Shown here piece by piece: positions 29,923-39,418 of a DNA stretch of 64,000 nt. The notes beneath the pieces were generated by a model, which saw only the letters and a program-made list of their open reading frames with translations, did not search any database and was not told where the DNA came from. Source of the stretch: Pyrinomonadaceae bacterium (GTDB lineage: Bacteria > Acidobacteriota > Blastocatellia > Pyrinomonadales > Pyrinomonadaceae). The stretch covers positions 224,001 to 288,000 of the forward strand of contig JBKBYA010000001.1 in assembly GCA_046313635.1 (NCBI GenBank), written 5' to 3'. Numbering within the stretch: position 1 is the stretch's first letter; each line of letters begins with the position of its first letter. The translations under genes were made by a program, and so were the position numbers.

Positions 29923-31269
29923 ATGGCAATCGCAATGAATAACCGAATCGTCTTTATCACGCTCTTGCTGCTCGCGGCGGCCGCAGTGCTGGCCTCTGCC
30001 GGCTGCAGCGGCTCGGCCGCGAATGCGACAAATGCGAACACCGCTGCCCCGGTCGTCGACATCACGGCCGCGCGGGCCGAGATCCGACCGATCCCGAGCT
30101 ATTTCGAAGCGACCGGCAATCTTGTCAGCGACGCTTCGACCGACGTCGCGCCGGCGGTCGGCGGCAAGATCGTACAGGTGAATTTTGACGTCGGCAGCTA
30201 CGTCAATCAGGGCGACGTGCTGATCCGTCTCGACGACCGCGACGCGCGGATACGTCTCGAGCAGGCCCAGGCCCAGCATCAGCAGGCCCAGTCCTCGGTC
30301 GGACAGGCTCAGGCGCAGGTCGAGGCGGCCCGCAGCGGCGTACGGCAGGCGCTGGCACAACTCGGCTTGAACGATACGTCCGGCTTTAACATCAACCAGG
30401 TTCCCGAGGTGCAGAATGCCAAGGCCAATCTCGATCTCGCCGAGCGCGAATTCACCCGTGCGGCGCGTCTGCTCGAGAGCGGCGACATCGCGCGGACGAT
30501 ATACGACCAGCGGCGGGCCCAGCGCGAGCAGGCGCAGGCCGCGTATGAATCCGCTGTGAACGGGGCCAAACAGCGTTTCGCCGGTGTGAGCACGGCGCAG
30601 GCGCAGGTCGCGACCGCCGAGGCCGCCGTTCGCGCGGCGCGGTCCGCCGTCCAGACCGCGGAGGCTCAGGTGCAGGCCGCGCAAAAGGCGGTCAGCGACA
30701 CGTCGGTGCTCGCGCCGATCAGCGGCTACGTCTCGGAGCGTGTCGCCGACGTCGGCGAATTCATCAGCCCGAATACGCCCAACGCAAAGGTGGCGACGAT
30801 CGTTCGCACATCGGTCCTGCGGCTGCGTATCGACGTGCCCGAGGCATCGATCGGCAAGGTTGCGACCGGCCAGTCGATCTCGCTGCAGACGAGCGCGTAT
30901 CCGGACCGCAATTTTGCCGGCACGGTCGTTCGCATCTCGCCGAGCGTGAATCAGACGGCGCGCACTTTGACGGTCGAGGCCGAGGTGCCGAATCCCGCAG
31001 GTCTGCTCAAGCCGGGACAATTCGCTACGGTCCGGATCACGCAGTCAAAGCCCGAGCCTGCCGTGATGATACCCGTCGCCGCCGTGCGGACCGAGGGCGA
31101 CGTCAATCGAGTCTTTGTCATCAAGGACGGCATCGCTCATGAGCAGATCGTCCAGCTCGGCCTGCTCGAGAACGACATGATCCAGGTCAAGCGCGGCGTC
31201 GTCGAAGGCGACGTCGTCGCAACCAGCAATTTGAACGCGCTGAGCGACGGAGTTTTTGTAAGGCAATAA
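29923..31269 (+). CDS. RND efflux membrane fusion protein (lipoprotein)
   Basis: lipobox ASAGC; G.IVQVNFDVGSYVNQGDVLIRLD; coiled coil; APISGYV; LKPGQF. Confidence 0.93.
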   Translation: MAIAMNNRIVFITLLLLAAAAVLASAGCSGSAANATNANTAAPVVDITAARAEIRPIPSYFEATGNLVSDASTDVAPAVGGKIVQVNFDVGSYVNQGDVLIRLDDRDARIRLEQAQAQHQQAQSSVGQAQAQVEAARSGVRQALAQLGLNDTSGFNINQVPEVQNAKANLDLAEREFTRAARLLESGDIARTIYDQRRAQREQAQAAYESAVNGAKQRFAGVSTAQAQVATAEAAVRAARSAVQTAEAQVQAAQKAVSDTSVLAPISGYVSERVADVGEFISPNTPNAKVATIVRTSVLRLRIDVPEASIGKVATGQSISLQTSAYPDRNFAGTVVRISPSVNQTARTLTVEAEVPNPAGLLKPGQFATVRITQSKPEPAVMIPVAAVRTEGDVNRVFVIKDGIAHEQIVQLGLLENDMIQVKRGVVEGDVVATSNLNALSDGVFVRQ

Positions 31270-31275
31270 GCGGGA

Positions 31276-31398
31276 AGTTCCGGGTTCAGAGTTCAGCGTT
31301 CCGAGTTGCTTCGACGAACTCGAACGCAAGACAGCCGCGGGCGTCGCAGCATAACCCCGAGCTCCGAACCCTGAACTCGGAACCCCGAACTCTGAACT
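31276..31398. repeat. inverted arrays of heptamer repeats
   Basis: GAGTTCA/GGGTTCA-like units (31276-31307) and complementary AACYCYG units (31353-31398). Confidence 0.75.
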
Positions 31399-31406
31399 AA
31401 AAGTTT

Positions 31407-34400
31407 ATGCAGTGGTTAGCAGAGATCTGTGTTAAGCGGCCGGTATTTGCGACGATGTTGGTGTTGTCGCTGGTGGTGGTCGGTGCATTTTCGTTCTTCA
31501 GTCTCGGCGTCGACCTGTTCCCAAAGATCGACTTCCCGACGATCACCGTGACGGTTATCAATCCCGGCGCTTCGCCGCAGGAGATCGAGACCGAGATCAC
31601 CGAAAAGGTTGAGGAGGCCGTCAATACCATCAGCGGCATCGACGAGCTGCGCTCGACGTCGGTCGAGGGGATATCGCAGGTCTTCGTTCAGTTCGTGCTC
31701 GAAAAGGACGTCAACGTCGCCGCTCAGGAGGTCGAGAATCGCGTCCAGACCGTCATCCCTAATCTGCCCGACACGGCCGAGCAGCCGACCGTCCAAAAGC
31801 TCGACACCGACGCCGCACCGGTGCTGCGCATCGTCGTCTCTGCGCCCGCTTCGATCCGCGACGTGACCGAGGTGGCAAAGAATCAGATCAAAGAGCGCAT
31901 CGAGTCGATCAGCGGCGTGGGTCAGATCACGATCATCGGCGGCCGCGATCGTCAGATCAACGTCTGGGTCGATCCGGACAAGATGCGCTCGTACAACGTG
32001 ACGCCGGCCGAGGTGACCGGCGCGCTTCGCATCCAGAATGTCGAATTCCCCAGCGGCCGACTTAACGAGGGCCAGATCGAGACGGCCGTCCGCACGGTCG
32101 GCAAGGTCGCCAAGCCCGAAGAGTTCAACGACGTCGTCGTCGCGACGCGCGGCACATATCAGGTCAAGGTCAAAGACCTCGGCTACGCCGAGGACGGCGG
32201 CGAAGAAGTTCGTTCGCAGGCGCGGCTCAACGGTCAGCCCGCGGTCACTCTAGTCGTCTCGAAACAGTCCGGACAAAATACGGTCGCCGTCGCCCACGCG
32301 ATCAAGGAGCGGCTTAACGAGATCAGACCGACACTGCCGAAGGGCTACGAGATGCGCATCGTCGGCGACAACTCGATCTTTATCGAAAATTCGCTGCACG
32401 CCATCGAGGAGCACTTGATCGTCGGCTCGATCCTGGCGGCGATCGTCGTCTTTCTTTTCCTCTGGAGCGTGCGTTCGACCTTTATCGCGGCGCTCGCGAT
32501 ACCGACGTCGATCATCTCGACCTTTGCGCTGATCTATGCGATGGGCTACACGCTCAACTCGATCACGATGCTCGCACTGACGCTGATGGTCGGCATCGTG
32601 ATCGACGACGCGATCGTCGTACTCGAGAACATTTACCGCTTTGTCGAGGAGAAGGGAATGAACCCCTTTCAGGCGGCGATCGAGGGCACGCGCGAGATCG
32701 GCCTCGCCGTGCTTGCGACGACGCTCAGCCTAATGGCGGTGTTCATCCCGATCGGCTTTATGCAGGGCATCGTCGGCCGCTTTATGTCGTCCTTCGGTCT
32801 GACGGCGTCGTTCGCGGTCGGCGTCTCGCTGATCGTTTCGTTCACTCTCACGCCGATGCTCGCGGCCCGGCTGATCAGGCGTCCAGAGGAAACGGTCGAG
32901 GTCCGCGAGGACGCCGCACACGGCGAAGGCCGCGTCGAGATCGTCACCGCCGCGCATCATGAGGACTCAAAGGAGAAAGGCTGGTTTCGCCACGTGCTGA
33001 ACGCCTACACAAAGATGCTGCGCTTCTCGATGTCGCATCGCTGGCTGATAGTGACGCTGTGCGTGCTGGTGTTTCTGAGCATCATTCCGCTCTTTATGTT
33101 TGTCGGCAAAAACTTTTTGCCGGTCGACGACCAATCGCAGTACGAAGTCTCGGTCCGCGCGCCCGAGGGCTACAGTCTCGGCGCGACGACGCAGCTATTG
33201 GAGCGCATCGCGGCGCGCATCCGTCAGCAGCCGGGCGTGACCGACACGTTGGTAACGGTCGGCGGCGGCCAGCAGCAGGTCGTCAACTCGGGCTCGATCT
33301 ACGTCAAGCTGACCGACATTCACGAACGCGCAAATGACCAGCAGACGCTCATGGCCGAGACGCGCGAGATCCTTGCAAGAGAATTCCCGCCCGAGCTGCG
33401 TACGGCCGTGCAGCAGGTCGCGGCATTCTCCGGCGGCGGCTTTCGCAACGCGAACGTGCAGTTCCTGGTTTCGGGGCCCGACCTGAAAAAGCTCGAGGAA
33501 TACTCGGCAAAGATACTCGAGCATATGAAGACGATCCCCGACGCCGTAGATGTCGACTCGACGCTGATCAGCGGCAAGCCCGAGGTGCAGCTCACGGTCG
33601 ATCGCGACACTGCGGCCGACCTGGGCGTGCGGGTCGGCGACATCTCGCAGGCGCTCAACACGCTGATCGCCGGGCAGGAAGCAACGACCTTCAATCAGGG
33701 GACCGATCAGTACGAAGTGCGCGTGCGCGCGGTCAATCCGTTTCGCTCGAGCGTCGACGGTCTCAAGCGCGTGATCGTGCCGTCGAGCAAGGTCGGCTGG
33801 GTCACGCTCGACCGCGTCGTCAAGGTTTCTGAAGGCACGGGCCCGTCGTCGGTCGACCGCGTCAACCGCCAGCGGCAGGTGACGCTGCTCGCGAATACCA
33901 AGCCGGGCGGCTCGGCGGCGGACATCACGTCAAAGATCGATTCGTTCGTTAGATCGCTCAACCTGCCGCCTGAGTACAAAACGGGCTACGTCGGCCAGTC
34001 GAAGGAAATGGGCAAGGCAGGATTCTATTTCCTGCTCGCCTTTATGCTGTCTTTCGTCTTTATGTACATCGTGCTCGCGGCGCAGTTCGAGTCGTTCATT
34101 CACCCGGTGACGATCCTTCTGACGCTGCCGCTGTCGATCCCCTTCGGCATCGTCAGTCTTTTGATCGCGGGGCAGACGGTCAACATCTTTTCGGGCCTCG
34201 GTCTGCTGCTGCTCTTCGGCGTCGTCAAAAAGAACGCCATTCTGCAGATCGATCATACGAACACGCTGCGAGCTCACGGCCTCAACCGCTACGACGCGAT
34301 CATCCAGGCCAACCGCGACCGTCTGCGGCCGATCTTGATGACGACGATCGCGCTCGTCGCCGGAATGATCCCGCTGGTGGTCTCGAGCGGCGCGGGCTCG

Positions 34401-34619
34401 GGCACAAACCGTTCGATCGGCGTACTGGTCGTCGGCGGGCAGACGCTGTGCCTGCTGCTGACGCTGCTCGCGGTGCCGGTCTTTTATTCGATCTTTGACG
34501 ATCTGTCGGAGCTGAATATCTTTCGCCGGATCGGCAGATTCTCGAGCTGGATCTTTGGCGGTATCCGCCGCAAAGCTGCGGCCGTCGCCGGTACGGTCAC
34601 GAATACGGTGAGCAAGTGA
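31407..34619 (+). CDS. RND efflux permease (AcrB/MdtC family)
   Basis: PGASPQEIE, GIVIDDAIVVLENI, AQFESFIHP, KNAIL, RLRPILMTT. Confidence 0.96.
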   Translation: MQWLAEICVKRPVFATMLVLSLVVVGAFSFFSLGVDLFPKIDFPTITVTVINPGASPQEIETEITEKVEEAVNTISGIDELRSTSVEGISQVFVQFVLEKDVNVAAQEVENRVQTVIPNLPDTAEQPTVQKLDTDAAPVLRIVVSAPASIRDVTEVAKNQIKERIESISGVGQITIIGGRDRQINVWVDPDKMRSYNVTPAEVTGALRIQNVEFPSGRLNEGQIETAVRTVGKVAKPEEFNDVVVATRGTYQVKVKDLGYAEDGGEEVRSQARLNGQPAVTLVVSKQSGQNTVAVAHAIKERLNEIRPTLPKGYEMRIVGDNSIFIENSLHAIEEHLIVGSILAAIVVFLFLWSVRSTFIAALAIPTSIISTFALIYAMGYTLNSITMLALTLMVGIVIDDAIVVLENIYRFVEEKGMNPFQAAIEGTREIGLAVLATTLSLMAVFIPIGFMQGIVGRFMSSFGLTASFAVGVSLIVSFTLTPMLAARLIRRPEETVEVREDAAHGEGRVEIVTAAHHEDSKEKGWFRHVLNAYTKMLRFSMSHRWLIVTLCVLVFLSIIPLFMFVGKNFLPVDDQSQYEVSVRAPEGYSLGATTQLLERIAARIRQQPGVTDTLVTVGGGQQQVVNSGSIYVKLTDIHERANDQQTLMAETREILAREFPPELRTAVQQVAAFSGGGFRNANVQFLVSGPDLKKLEEYSAKILEHMKTIPDAVDVDSTLISGKPEVQLTVDRDTAADLGVRVGDISQALNTLIAGQEATTFNQGTDQYEVRVRAVNPFRSSVDGLKRVIVPSSKVGWVTLDRVVKVSEGTGPSSVDRVNRQRQVTLLANTKPGGSAADITSKIDSFVRSLNLPPEYKTGYVGQSKEMGKAGFYFLLAFMLSFVFMYIVLAAQFESFIHPVTILLTLPLSIPFGIVSLLIAGQTVNIFSGLGLLLLFGVVKKNAILQIDHTNTLRAHGLNRYDAIIQANRDRLRPILMTTIALVAGMIPLVVSSGAGSGTNRSIGVLVVGGQTLCLLLTLLAVPVFYSIFDDLSELNIFRRIGRFSSWIFGGIRRKAAAVAGTVTNTVSK

Positions 34620-34666
34620 TACCGCTTTGTTCCGGGGCTTTGCCGACAGATCAAGACACCATTTTT

Positions 34667-36457
34667 ATGGGTAGGCATTTATTCATTCTTATTTTCTCGA
34701 TACTCCTCGCGGCGGCGACCGCGGCGGCGCAGGACCCGGTGCCCACGCAAACGCCGGCGCCCACGCCCACGCCTGTCGCGACGCCGGCTGCTCCGCCGGT
34801 GGTCGACGGAGCTCCGGGCGTAAGGCCCGAGGATGTCCGAGGCGTGCCGGCGATCGCGCCGAATTATCGTTCGGAGGACCGCCGTCTGCCTGATCTCGGC
34901 CGCGTCGGCGTCGATACCGCTGATCAGCATCCGCTCACGCTGCGCGAGGCGCTTGCGCTCGCGCTCGAGAACAACAAGGACATCGAGGTCACGCGGCAGA
35001 ACATCCGCATCGCCGAGTTCGATCTCAAGGCGGCCCGCGGCGTTTACGAGCCGCGCTTTGCCGGACAGACGTTTTACGAGCGGGCGACCGTGCCGAACAT
35101 CAGCTTTTTTTCGCCCAACGTCACCAAGATCACAAACAGCACGATCACCGGCAACGGCGGCTTGACGGCGTTCATACCGCAGACGGGCACGGTGCTTAGC
35201 GCGACGCTCAACAACAATCGCATCGGCACGACCAATCCGATCTCGATCATCAGTCCGCAGTACAACTCGAGCTTTACGGCGAGCGTGACGCAGCCTCTGT
35301 TTCGCGGGCTGAGATTCGATCAGCAGCGAAGGACGATCGAGATCGCAAAGCGGAATCTTTCGCTCACCGGCGCGCAGTTTCGCCAGCGGACGATCGAGAC
35401 CGTCGCGAGCGTACAGCGCGCGTATTGGGACCTGACCTTTGCGCTTCGCAGCCTGCAGGTGCAGCGCGACAGCCTTCGCGACGCGCAGGCGCAGCTCGAA
35501 CACAACCGACGGCTCGTCGACGAGGGCCAGCTCGCGCCGATCGACATCGTCGCCGCCGAGACGCAGGTCGCAAATTTTGAGCAGGCGGTTTACGACGCGC
35601 TCAACGTCGTCAATCAGGCCGAGAACGGTCTGAAGAATCTGATCTCGCCGCGCCGCACCGACGCGATCTGGTCGCGGGCGATCACGCCGGTCGACTCTGT
35701 CGAGGTGCCGACGCCTTCGCTCTCGATCGAGACGGCGGTCGAGACCGCGATACAGAATCGCCCCGAGCTCGAGATCAACGCGGCGCAGCGAGAGATCAAT
35801 CGCGTCGACCAGCGCTTCTATCGCGAGCAGAAAAAGCCGCAGATCGATCTCGTCGCGAGCTACACGTCGGCCGGTGTCGGCGGCACTTTGAATCCTAACT
35901 TCACCAATCCGCTGCTGCGCAGCTGCACCCCCGGCTCGACCGACCCGACGTGCCAACAGGCGGCCGCGGCGCAGGCGCAATTGCTGCAGACGGTCGGCGG
36001 CGGCGGCACGGCGATCACCGACATCTTGTCGAACAAGTATCCGACCGTGCGCGTCGGCGTGCAGTTCAACCTGCCGCTCTTCGGCGACAAGACCTCCCGT
36101 GCGCAGTACGGCCGCTCGCTGGTCGAGGCCGAGCGGATCGAGACGCTGCGCGAGCAGATCGAGCAGAACATTCAAACGGACGTCCGCAACGCGCTGCAGG
36201 CCGTTCGGACCGCGGAAGCGCGTCTTCGTTCCGCATCGATCGCCCGCGAGAACAGCGAGCGGCAATACGAGTCCGAGAAGCGAAAGCTCGACGAGGGACA
36301 ATCGGACGTCTATCGCGTCCTCGAGCGTCAGACGGCGCTGACCGTCGCCCGCAGCAGCGAGCTGCGAGCGCGGACCGATCTCAACAAGGCCATTGCCGAG
36401 CTCGAACGCGCGACCGGCACCTCGCTCACCGCCAACGGCATCGAGACAAAGAAATGA
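34667..36457 (+). CDS. TolC family outer membrane efflux protein
   Basis: signal peptide from ATG 34667; LTLREALALALENN, AIQNRPEL, LERATG. Confidence 0.92.
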   Translation: MGRHLFILIFSILLAAATAAAQDPVPTQTPAPTPTPVATPAAPPVVDGAPGVRPEDVRGVPAIAPNYRSEDRRLPDLGRVGVDTADQHPLTLREALALALENNKDIEVTRQNIRIAEFDLKAARGVYEPRFAGQTFYERATVPNISFFSPNVTKITNSTITGNGGLTAFIPQTGTVLSATLNNNRIGTTNPISIISPQYNSSFTASVTQPLFRGLRFDQQRRTIEIAKRNLSLTGAQFRQRTIETVASVQRAYWDLTFALRSLQVQRDSLRDAQAQLEHNRRLVDEGQLAPIDIVAAETQVANFEQAVYDALNVVNQAENGLKNLISPRRTDAIWSRAITPVDSVEVPTPSLSIETAVETAIQNRPELEINAAQREINRVDQRFYREQKKPQIDLVASYTSAGVGGTLNPNFTNPLLRSCTPGSTDPTCQQAAAAQAQLLQTVGGGGTAITDILSNKYPTVRVGVQFNLPLFGDKTSRAQYGRSLVEAERIETLREQIEQNIQTDVRNALQAVRTAEARLRSASIARENSERQYESEKRKLDEGQSDVYRVLERQTALTVARSSELRARTDLNKAIAELERATGTSLTANGIETKK

Positions 36458-37440
36458 AGGCGATCTACATTCGCGAATTTGGCGGGCCCGAAAATCTCGA
36501 GCTACGCGACCTGCCCGATCCGGCTCGGCCGACGGGGAGCCAGGTGCTCGTGCGCGTCCGAGCCTCGGCGCTCAACCGCGCCGACCTGCTGCAGCGGCTC
36601 GGCAAATATCCGCCGCCGCCCGGCTGCTCGCCGAACATTCCGGGACTGGAATTTGCCGGCGAGATCGATGAGACGGGCGACGGGGCGAGCAGATTCAAAA
36701 AAGGCGACCGCGTCTTTGCGATCACGGCCGGCGAAGCGCAGGCCGAGTACGTCCTCGTCGACGAGCGCGTGCTCGCGCCGGTGCCCGAGAATCTGAGTTT
36801 TATCCAGGCGGCGGCGGTCCCCGAGGCTTTTATCACGGCGCACGACGCGATCTTTTCGCTCGCAAATTTGAGGGCCGGCGAATCGATCCTCATCCACGCA
36901 GTCGGGTCGGGTGTAGGGCTCGCCGGTCTGCAGCTCGCCAGGGCCAAGGGCGCGGCCGTCATTGGCACCTCGCGGACGGCTGAAAAACTCGATCGCTGCC
37001 GGCTCGAGTTCGGTCTCGACCACGCGATCGCGACCCCCGAGCCGGTATTTGCCGAGACGGTCCTCGAGCTGACCGGCGGGCGCGGTGTCGACGTCGTTTT
37101 CGATCTCGTCGGCGGCGCTTACTTTAAGGAGGATCTCGCAAGCCTCGCGACGCGCGGCAGGCTCGTGATGATCAGCACTGCGTCGGGCGCTAAAGCCGAG
37201 ATCGATCTCGGCGTCACTCTCTTCAAACGGCTGACGATCATCGGTACGGTGCTGCGTTCGCGGCCGCTCGACGAAAAGATCGAGGTCAACCGGCGCTTCA
37301 TCGACGACGTGCTTCCGCTGCTGGCGTCAGGCGCGGTGCGGCCCGTTGTAGACCGCATCTATCCGGCCGCCGAGATACGAGCGGCGCACGAGTATATGCA
37401 GTCCAACAAGAGCTTTGGCAAGATCGTGATCGAATTTTAG
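36454..37440 (+). CDS. NAD(P)H-quinone oxidoreductase (PIG3/zeta-crystallin-like)
   Basis: MKAI..FGGPE, LNRADLLQR.G.YPPP, PGLEFAG, HAVGSGVG, GKIVI; ATGA overlap with the TolC-family gene stop. Confidence 0.93.
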   Translation: MKAIYIREFGGPENLELRDLPDPARPTGSQVLVRVRASALNRADLLQRLGKYPPPPGCSPNIPGLEFAGEIDETGDGASRFKKGDRVFAITAGEAQAEYVLVDERVLAPVPENLSFIQAAAVPEAFITAHDAIFSLANLRAGESILIHAVGSGVGLAGLQLARAKGAAVIGTSRTAEKLDRCRLEFGLDHAIATPEPVFAETVLELTGGRGVDVVFDLVGGAYFKEDLASLATRGRLVMISTASGAKAEIDLGVTLFKRLTIIGTVLRSRPLDEKIEVNRRFIDDVLPLLASGAVRPVVDRIYPAAEIRAAHEYMQSNKSFGKIVIEF

Positions 37441-37447
37441 CTGGGGA

Positions 37448-37672
37448 CTAGTGGACGCGTGAGGCCGCCTCCGAGGTGACGATGCAGAGGCCGGTAACGC
37501 CGGCGGCGTCGAGCTCTGCGAGGATGCGCTCGGCCTCGGTGTAGGTCAGGTCCGCGGCCTCTCGCCGGGCAAAAGAGATCACCGCCCAGAGAGGCTGCTC
37601 AAGCTCGCTCGGAGCTTGTCCGTGGATTGGATTCTCGGGCGTCTGCTGCTGTTTGGCCCCTTGCTCTCTCAT
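37448..37672 (-). CDS. small hypothetical protein
   Basis: 74-aa ORF ELEQPLWAVISF...LTYTEA...GLCIVTSEAA, host-like codon usage. Confidence 0.55.
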   Translation of the reverse strand: MREQGAKQQQTPENPIHGQAPSELEQPLWAVISFARREAADLTYTEAERILAELDAAGVTGLCIVTSEAASRVH

Positions 37673-37909
37673 CGCACTTCGCTGTCAGAAGTCTGATTTT
37701 TCGGTACCAAACACCTTAGCACAAGTTTTCCACAGGTTGAAAAACGGCATGGTTGTTCGCGTCTGGCAGGTGATCGCCGACGGCACCGATAGGCGCAAAG
37801 TAAGAACCGTCTCAGATCGAGCGAACTCATCATTCGGGCCGAGGTAAAGAAGTCCCTGAAATAGGTCCCTCGGAAAGCGACGATTGGCGGTTAATTTGAC
37901 AAGCAAGCG

Positions 37910-38400
37910 CTAGTCCGACCAGAGGGGCTGCTTTTCCCAGTCGTTCGGGAATCCCATCTCCGATAGTTCGATGCCCGGGTGCTCGGCGGTCAGCAATTTT
38001 ATTTTTGTCTTGAAACTGGTGTCTGGAATTATCCGTTCCAGCAGAAACAACACGCTGGATAGGAAGTAATACATTCGGCGATTAGAGATTCCTTCGGTGT
38101 TGATCCACGGAAAATCGGTCTTCTTTAGCAACTGTGGATGTTTGGTTAATTTTCGGTTCCAAAGCGGGTCTGTGATGAGCACAGACGTTTCGGACGTAAA
38201 CACAGCTCTGAATCCAACTCTCGAAGATATGTCTTTGTGTCCCGGGGAACTTGAACGCAGCGGCTACACTGTTTCGAATTGTGTAATCCTTTATGTTGAA
38301 AAAGACGGTCGAAGCAAGGCCGAAGGAACAGATCTCGAACGTCATCCAAGCGGGCGGGCGTACCGTTTCGGAGTATTTTGCCTTGAAATCCGCGCGGGAT
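37910..38400 (-). pseudogene. Abi-family (AbiD/AbiF-like, HEPN) C-terminal remnant
   Basis: PPAWMTFEICSFG, SWIQSCVYVRNVCAHH (RxxxxH), then frameshift to LWNR...MGFPNDWEKQPLW; N-terminus absent. Confidence 0.8.
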
Positions 38401-38413
38401 GAGTAGTGCCAGC

Positions 38414-39085
38414 TCATGCGAGTACCAATTCGCCTCGTCTCGGAAAGTAGCCGACCTTTCGGTCGATAAAGATCTGATTGCTCAAAATGCCGTCGACACC
38501 TGCGAGTTGAAGCGTCATACCGAGAAGACCGGGCAAACAGCCGCACCGCATTCTCAGCTCACATCCACCGAGCCTGATCTGAACCAAATAGGTATCGGTC
38601 TCAAATTCTCCAACGCCAGGGTAGAAGTCGGTCATCGCACCCATCGAGGGCTGCGAGCTCACCACATCGCGCGGGAGATAACCGATCTGGGCGCCAGTAT
38701 CGACAAATACCCGCAGCCTTTTACTCTGCATCGTGACGTCGGCGATCGGGATACCCATGAACTGATCGAGCGAAAGTACATCGCCGTCGCACGCGACCGC
38801 ATCGTCGGAAAACGAAATTTCGCCCGCACCGATGTCGAAGACAGTGTCAAACTCATTCAAAATATCGACCCCGATAAGGCCTGCCGTCGAATGGCCGACG
38901 TGCTGAGACAGTCTGTCGGCCGAGAGTCCGAGATAGTCTTGCGGTATAGAAAATTCCCAGTCGTCGATCACCAGCTCCGCAAGGTCGCCGAAACTGGTCG
39001 GAGCACCCGTATCCACGAGCCAGTCCCGTCCGTCGATCGAAGCGAACAGATGATGGTTACTCACGGTAAGCGGCGTTGTGTGCAT
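38414..39085 (-). CDS. retropepsin-like aspartyl protease with two DTG motifs
   Basis: WLVDTGA...GLIGVDIL and VFVDTGA...DGILS. Confidence 0.8.
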   Translation of the reverse strand: MHTTPLTVSNHHLFASIDGRDWLVDTGAPTSFGDLAELVIDDWEFSIPQDYLGLSADRLSQHVGHSTAGLIGVDILNEFDTVFDIGAGEISFSDDAVACDGDVLSLDQFMGIPIADVTMQSKRLRVFVDTGAQIGYLPRDVVSSQPSMGAMTDFYPGVGEFETDTYLVQIRLGGCELRMRCGCLPGLLGMTLQLAGVDGILSNQIFIDRKVGYFPRRGELVLA

Positions 39086-39157
39086 AGGACTTAATGAAGC
39101 AGATCGTGAGCAGATCTTAGTACATTCTGATCGCGATCTGCCAAGACGAGGGCCGTC

Positions 39158-39187
39158 TTGACAGAGAATTCTCCGGTTGATTATTCT
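39158..39187 (+). promoter_or_regulatory. sigma70 promoter of riboswitch-metK
   Basis: TTGACA-N18-TATTCT immediately before the aptamer. Confidence 0.65.
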
Positions 39188-39194
39188 TTCGCAA

Positions 39195-39307
39195 GCATTA
39201 GGAGCTGCCCTTTGCAGGGCACGGCAACCGGGTCAGAGACACCACGGTGCTCACGGACGACTTAAGGCGTCCGGATGTGCAGTTAGCAAACTGAATCAAG
39301 TCTCTGA
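39195..39307 (+). ncRNA. SAM-I/IV-type riboswitch
   Basis: GCATTAGGAG, P2 TGCCC/GGGCA, GGCAACC...GGTGCT core, GGACG/CGTCC stem, CAGTT/AACTG stem, pseudoknot TCAGAGAC with GTCTCTGA; upstream of metK. Confidence 0.85.
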
Positions 39308-39327
39308 AATAGTCTTACCCGTTTACG

Positions 39328-39370
39328 AAAGCCGCCGAGTCTTACCTGATGCTCGACGGCTTTTTCGTTT
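39328..39370 (+). terminator. riboswitch expression-platform terminator
   Basis: AAAGCCG-CCGAG...CTCG-ACGGCTTTTT between aptamer and metK. Confidence 0.65.
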
Positions 39371-39418
39371 GCCGTTTCTCCTCTTGCGTACGCCAGTGCA
39401 AAAAGAGAGGAACAACAA

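Noticed and set aside
34679..36301. Long antisense ORFs (also 2933..3670, 41519..42532, 45146..46480, 48630..49799)
   Set aside because: Shadow frames of well-supported genes in high-GC DNA
35950..36453. N-terminal extension of the quinone oxidoreductase
   Set aside because: Overlaps the TolC-family gene in another frame; the real start is ATG 36454
37725..37735. DnaA-box-like TTTTCCACA
   Set aside because: Single copy with no origin context
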